Shown: one piece after another, positions 24,634 through 25,374 of the stretch
Layout: each line of letters starts with the position of its first letter
Numbering within the stretch: the stretch's first letter is position 1
IMG/VR virus record: IMGVR_UViG_3300047557_000097
Span: 1-25,374 of that record
Source of the DNA: a virus
Taxonomy: Duplodnaviria; Caudoviricetes
Reading direction: 5' to 3' (one strand)
Length of the DNA: 25,374 nt
Made by a program: the position numbers and the translations under genes
Notes under the pieces: model-generated
Database searches by the model: none
Seen by the model: the letters and a program-made list of their open reading frames with translations, nothing else
Told to the model about the DNA's origin: nothing

Positions 24634-25044
24634 ATGTATACAGAAAGCAATGGCATCTCAATCACACAAATGTGCTATCAATGCCAAGCGTTAACCGAAC
24701 TATGTCCTGACTGTCAGGAACTACGAGACAGTCGTGACATTACGATTGCCCATCAAATTGTTGATGACGGCAATCTCCAGTATAAGTTCGTTTGGTCCAT
24801 CATTACTGATGAACCTTCAGGTCACGATTGGATTTCATCCCAAGTTGTGACCAGAGAATATGTTGATGATGAAACTGGCGAACTCGTCAAGGTAATACGG
24901 AACGAGTTCACCGAGCCAATTAGTCAATTGGCTGACCGTATCTATGACCTAGATACGAGTCTCATCATTACACCCGCTGAGACCATCTGTCAGGCTTGCC
25001 ACTTGGTCTATAACAAGGCTACACACTGTCCTAATTGTAACTAA
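24634..25044 (+). CDS. Hypothetical protein with two CxxC...CxxC zinc ribbons
   Basis: Start ATG 24634 behind GAAAGGA (136 aa); CYQC-x5-CPDC and CQAC-x9-CPNC. Confidence 0.7.
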   Translation: MYTESNGISITQMCYQCQALTELCPDCQELRDSRDITIAHQIVDDGNLQYKFVWSIITDEPSGHDWISSQVVTREYVDDETGELVKVIRNEFTEPISQLADRIYDLDTSLIITPAETICQACHLVYNKATHCPNCN

Positions 25045-25056
25045 CCATCTAACCAA

Positions 25057-25091
25057 GGGCTACCCCCGTCCGAGTGACGGGGGATACGCCC
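25057..25091 (+). promoter_or_regulatory. Strong intergenic GC hairpin
   Basis: GGGC-TA-CCCCCGTC (25063-70) / GACGGGGG (25076-83)-a-TA-c-GCCC; followed by an A run and the SD of the next gene, not by a U tract. Confidence 0.6.
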
Positions 25092-25110
25092 CCAAAAAAG
25101 GAGAAAGAAA

Positions 25111-25374
25111 GTGAATACAGTTAACTCATTTACCTTCAATAATGCGTTATTGAAGTCAGTCCGCGACTACGGCAATGTAGTCAAAGGTATCGTCCAATCC
25201 CGTCAGGTAGAATACCTACCAGATGGTTCAATCCGTTCACGCTTCATCGCTAGCCGTCAGGTTACGATTCAAGACCCTGCCATCATTGGTCAATTGCGTC
25301 CAATGATTGCCGACAACGCCGAGTTCGCCGTTAATCTTAGCGGTTACCTCACAACCACAGTTCGTGAGAATGCT
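25111..25374 (+). CDS. Hypothetical protein, possibly OB-fold / SSB-like (runs off the right edge)
   Basis: Not in the ORF track. GTG start behind AAGGAG; open to the edge: MNTVNSFTFNNALLKSVRDYGNVVKGIVQSRQVEYLPDGSIRSRFIASRQVTI...AVNLSGYLTT; the V.LSG.L.T strand pattern is SSB-like. Confidence 0.5.
   Translation, partial: MNTVNSFTFNNALLKSVRDYGNVVKGIVQSRQVEYLPDGSIRSRFIASRQVTIQDPAIIGQLRPMIADNAEFAVNLSGYLTTTVRENA

Noticed and set aside
24326-24710. 67-aa and 123-aa plus-strand ORFs, and the 24577 start of the zinc-ribbon gene
   Set aside because: No SD and composition reflects GC-rich hairpins; ATG 24634 has a clear SD.
1-25374. Stop-codon reassignment, tRNA genes, integrase or IS elements
   Set aside because: Standard-code ORFs tile the window and use TAA, TAG and TGA as stops next to downstream starts; no cloverleaf or recombinase motif was seen.

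Overview
This window is the virion-morphogenesis arm of a tailed dsDNA bacteriophage, probably podovirus-like: no tape-measure, sheath or tail-tube gene is recognisable. The host is probably a low-GC (freshwater-type) Actinobacterium, which is an inference from gene content and order only. One tightly coupled minus-strand operon runs from about 23840 to beyond position 1. In order: terminase large subunit with an N-terminal HTH-like extension, portal, an HslV/proteasome-beta-like Ntn peptidase, a 130-aa protein, three putative internal virion proteins (1816, 524, 484 aa), scaffold, major capsid protein, two small genes, seven small mostly Lys-rich genes (four missing from the ORF track), head-tail adaptor, Ala/Ser/Thr heptad tail fibre, an AT-rich receptor-binding/accessory cassette, a GT-A glycosyltransferase and a truncated tail protein. 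An ~800-bp non-coding region rich in hairpins and repeats separates this operon from a divergent plus-strand unit (double zinc-ribbon protein, then a truncated OB-fold-like gene). The best candidates for undescribed biology are a pseudoknotted RNA leader upstream of the scaffold gene, the basic micro-protein cluster, the proteasome-like protease next to the portal, and the ACAG-iterated, hairpin-dense non-coding region. All family names come from motif recognition by eye; no searches were run.
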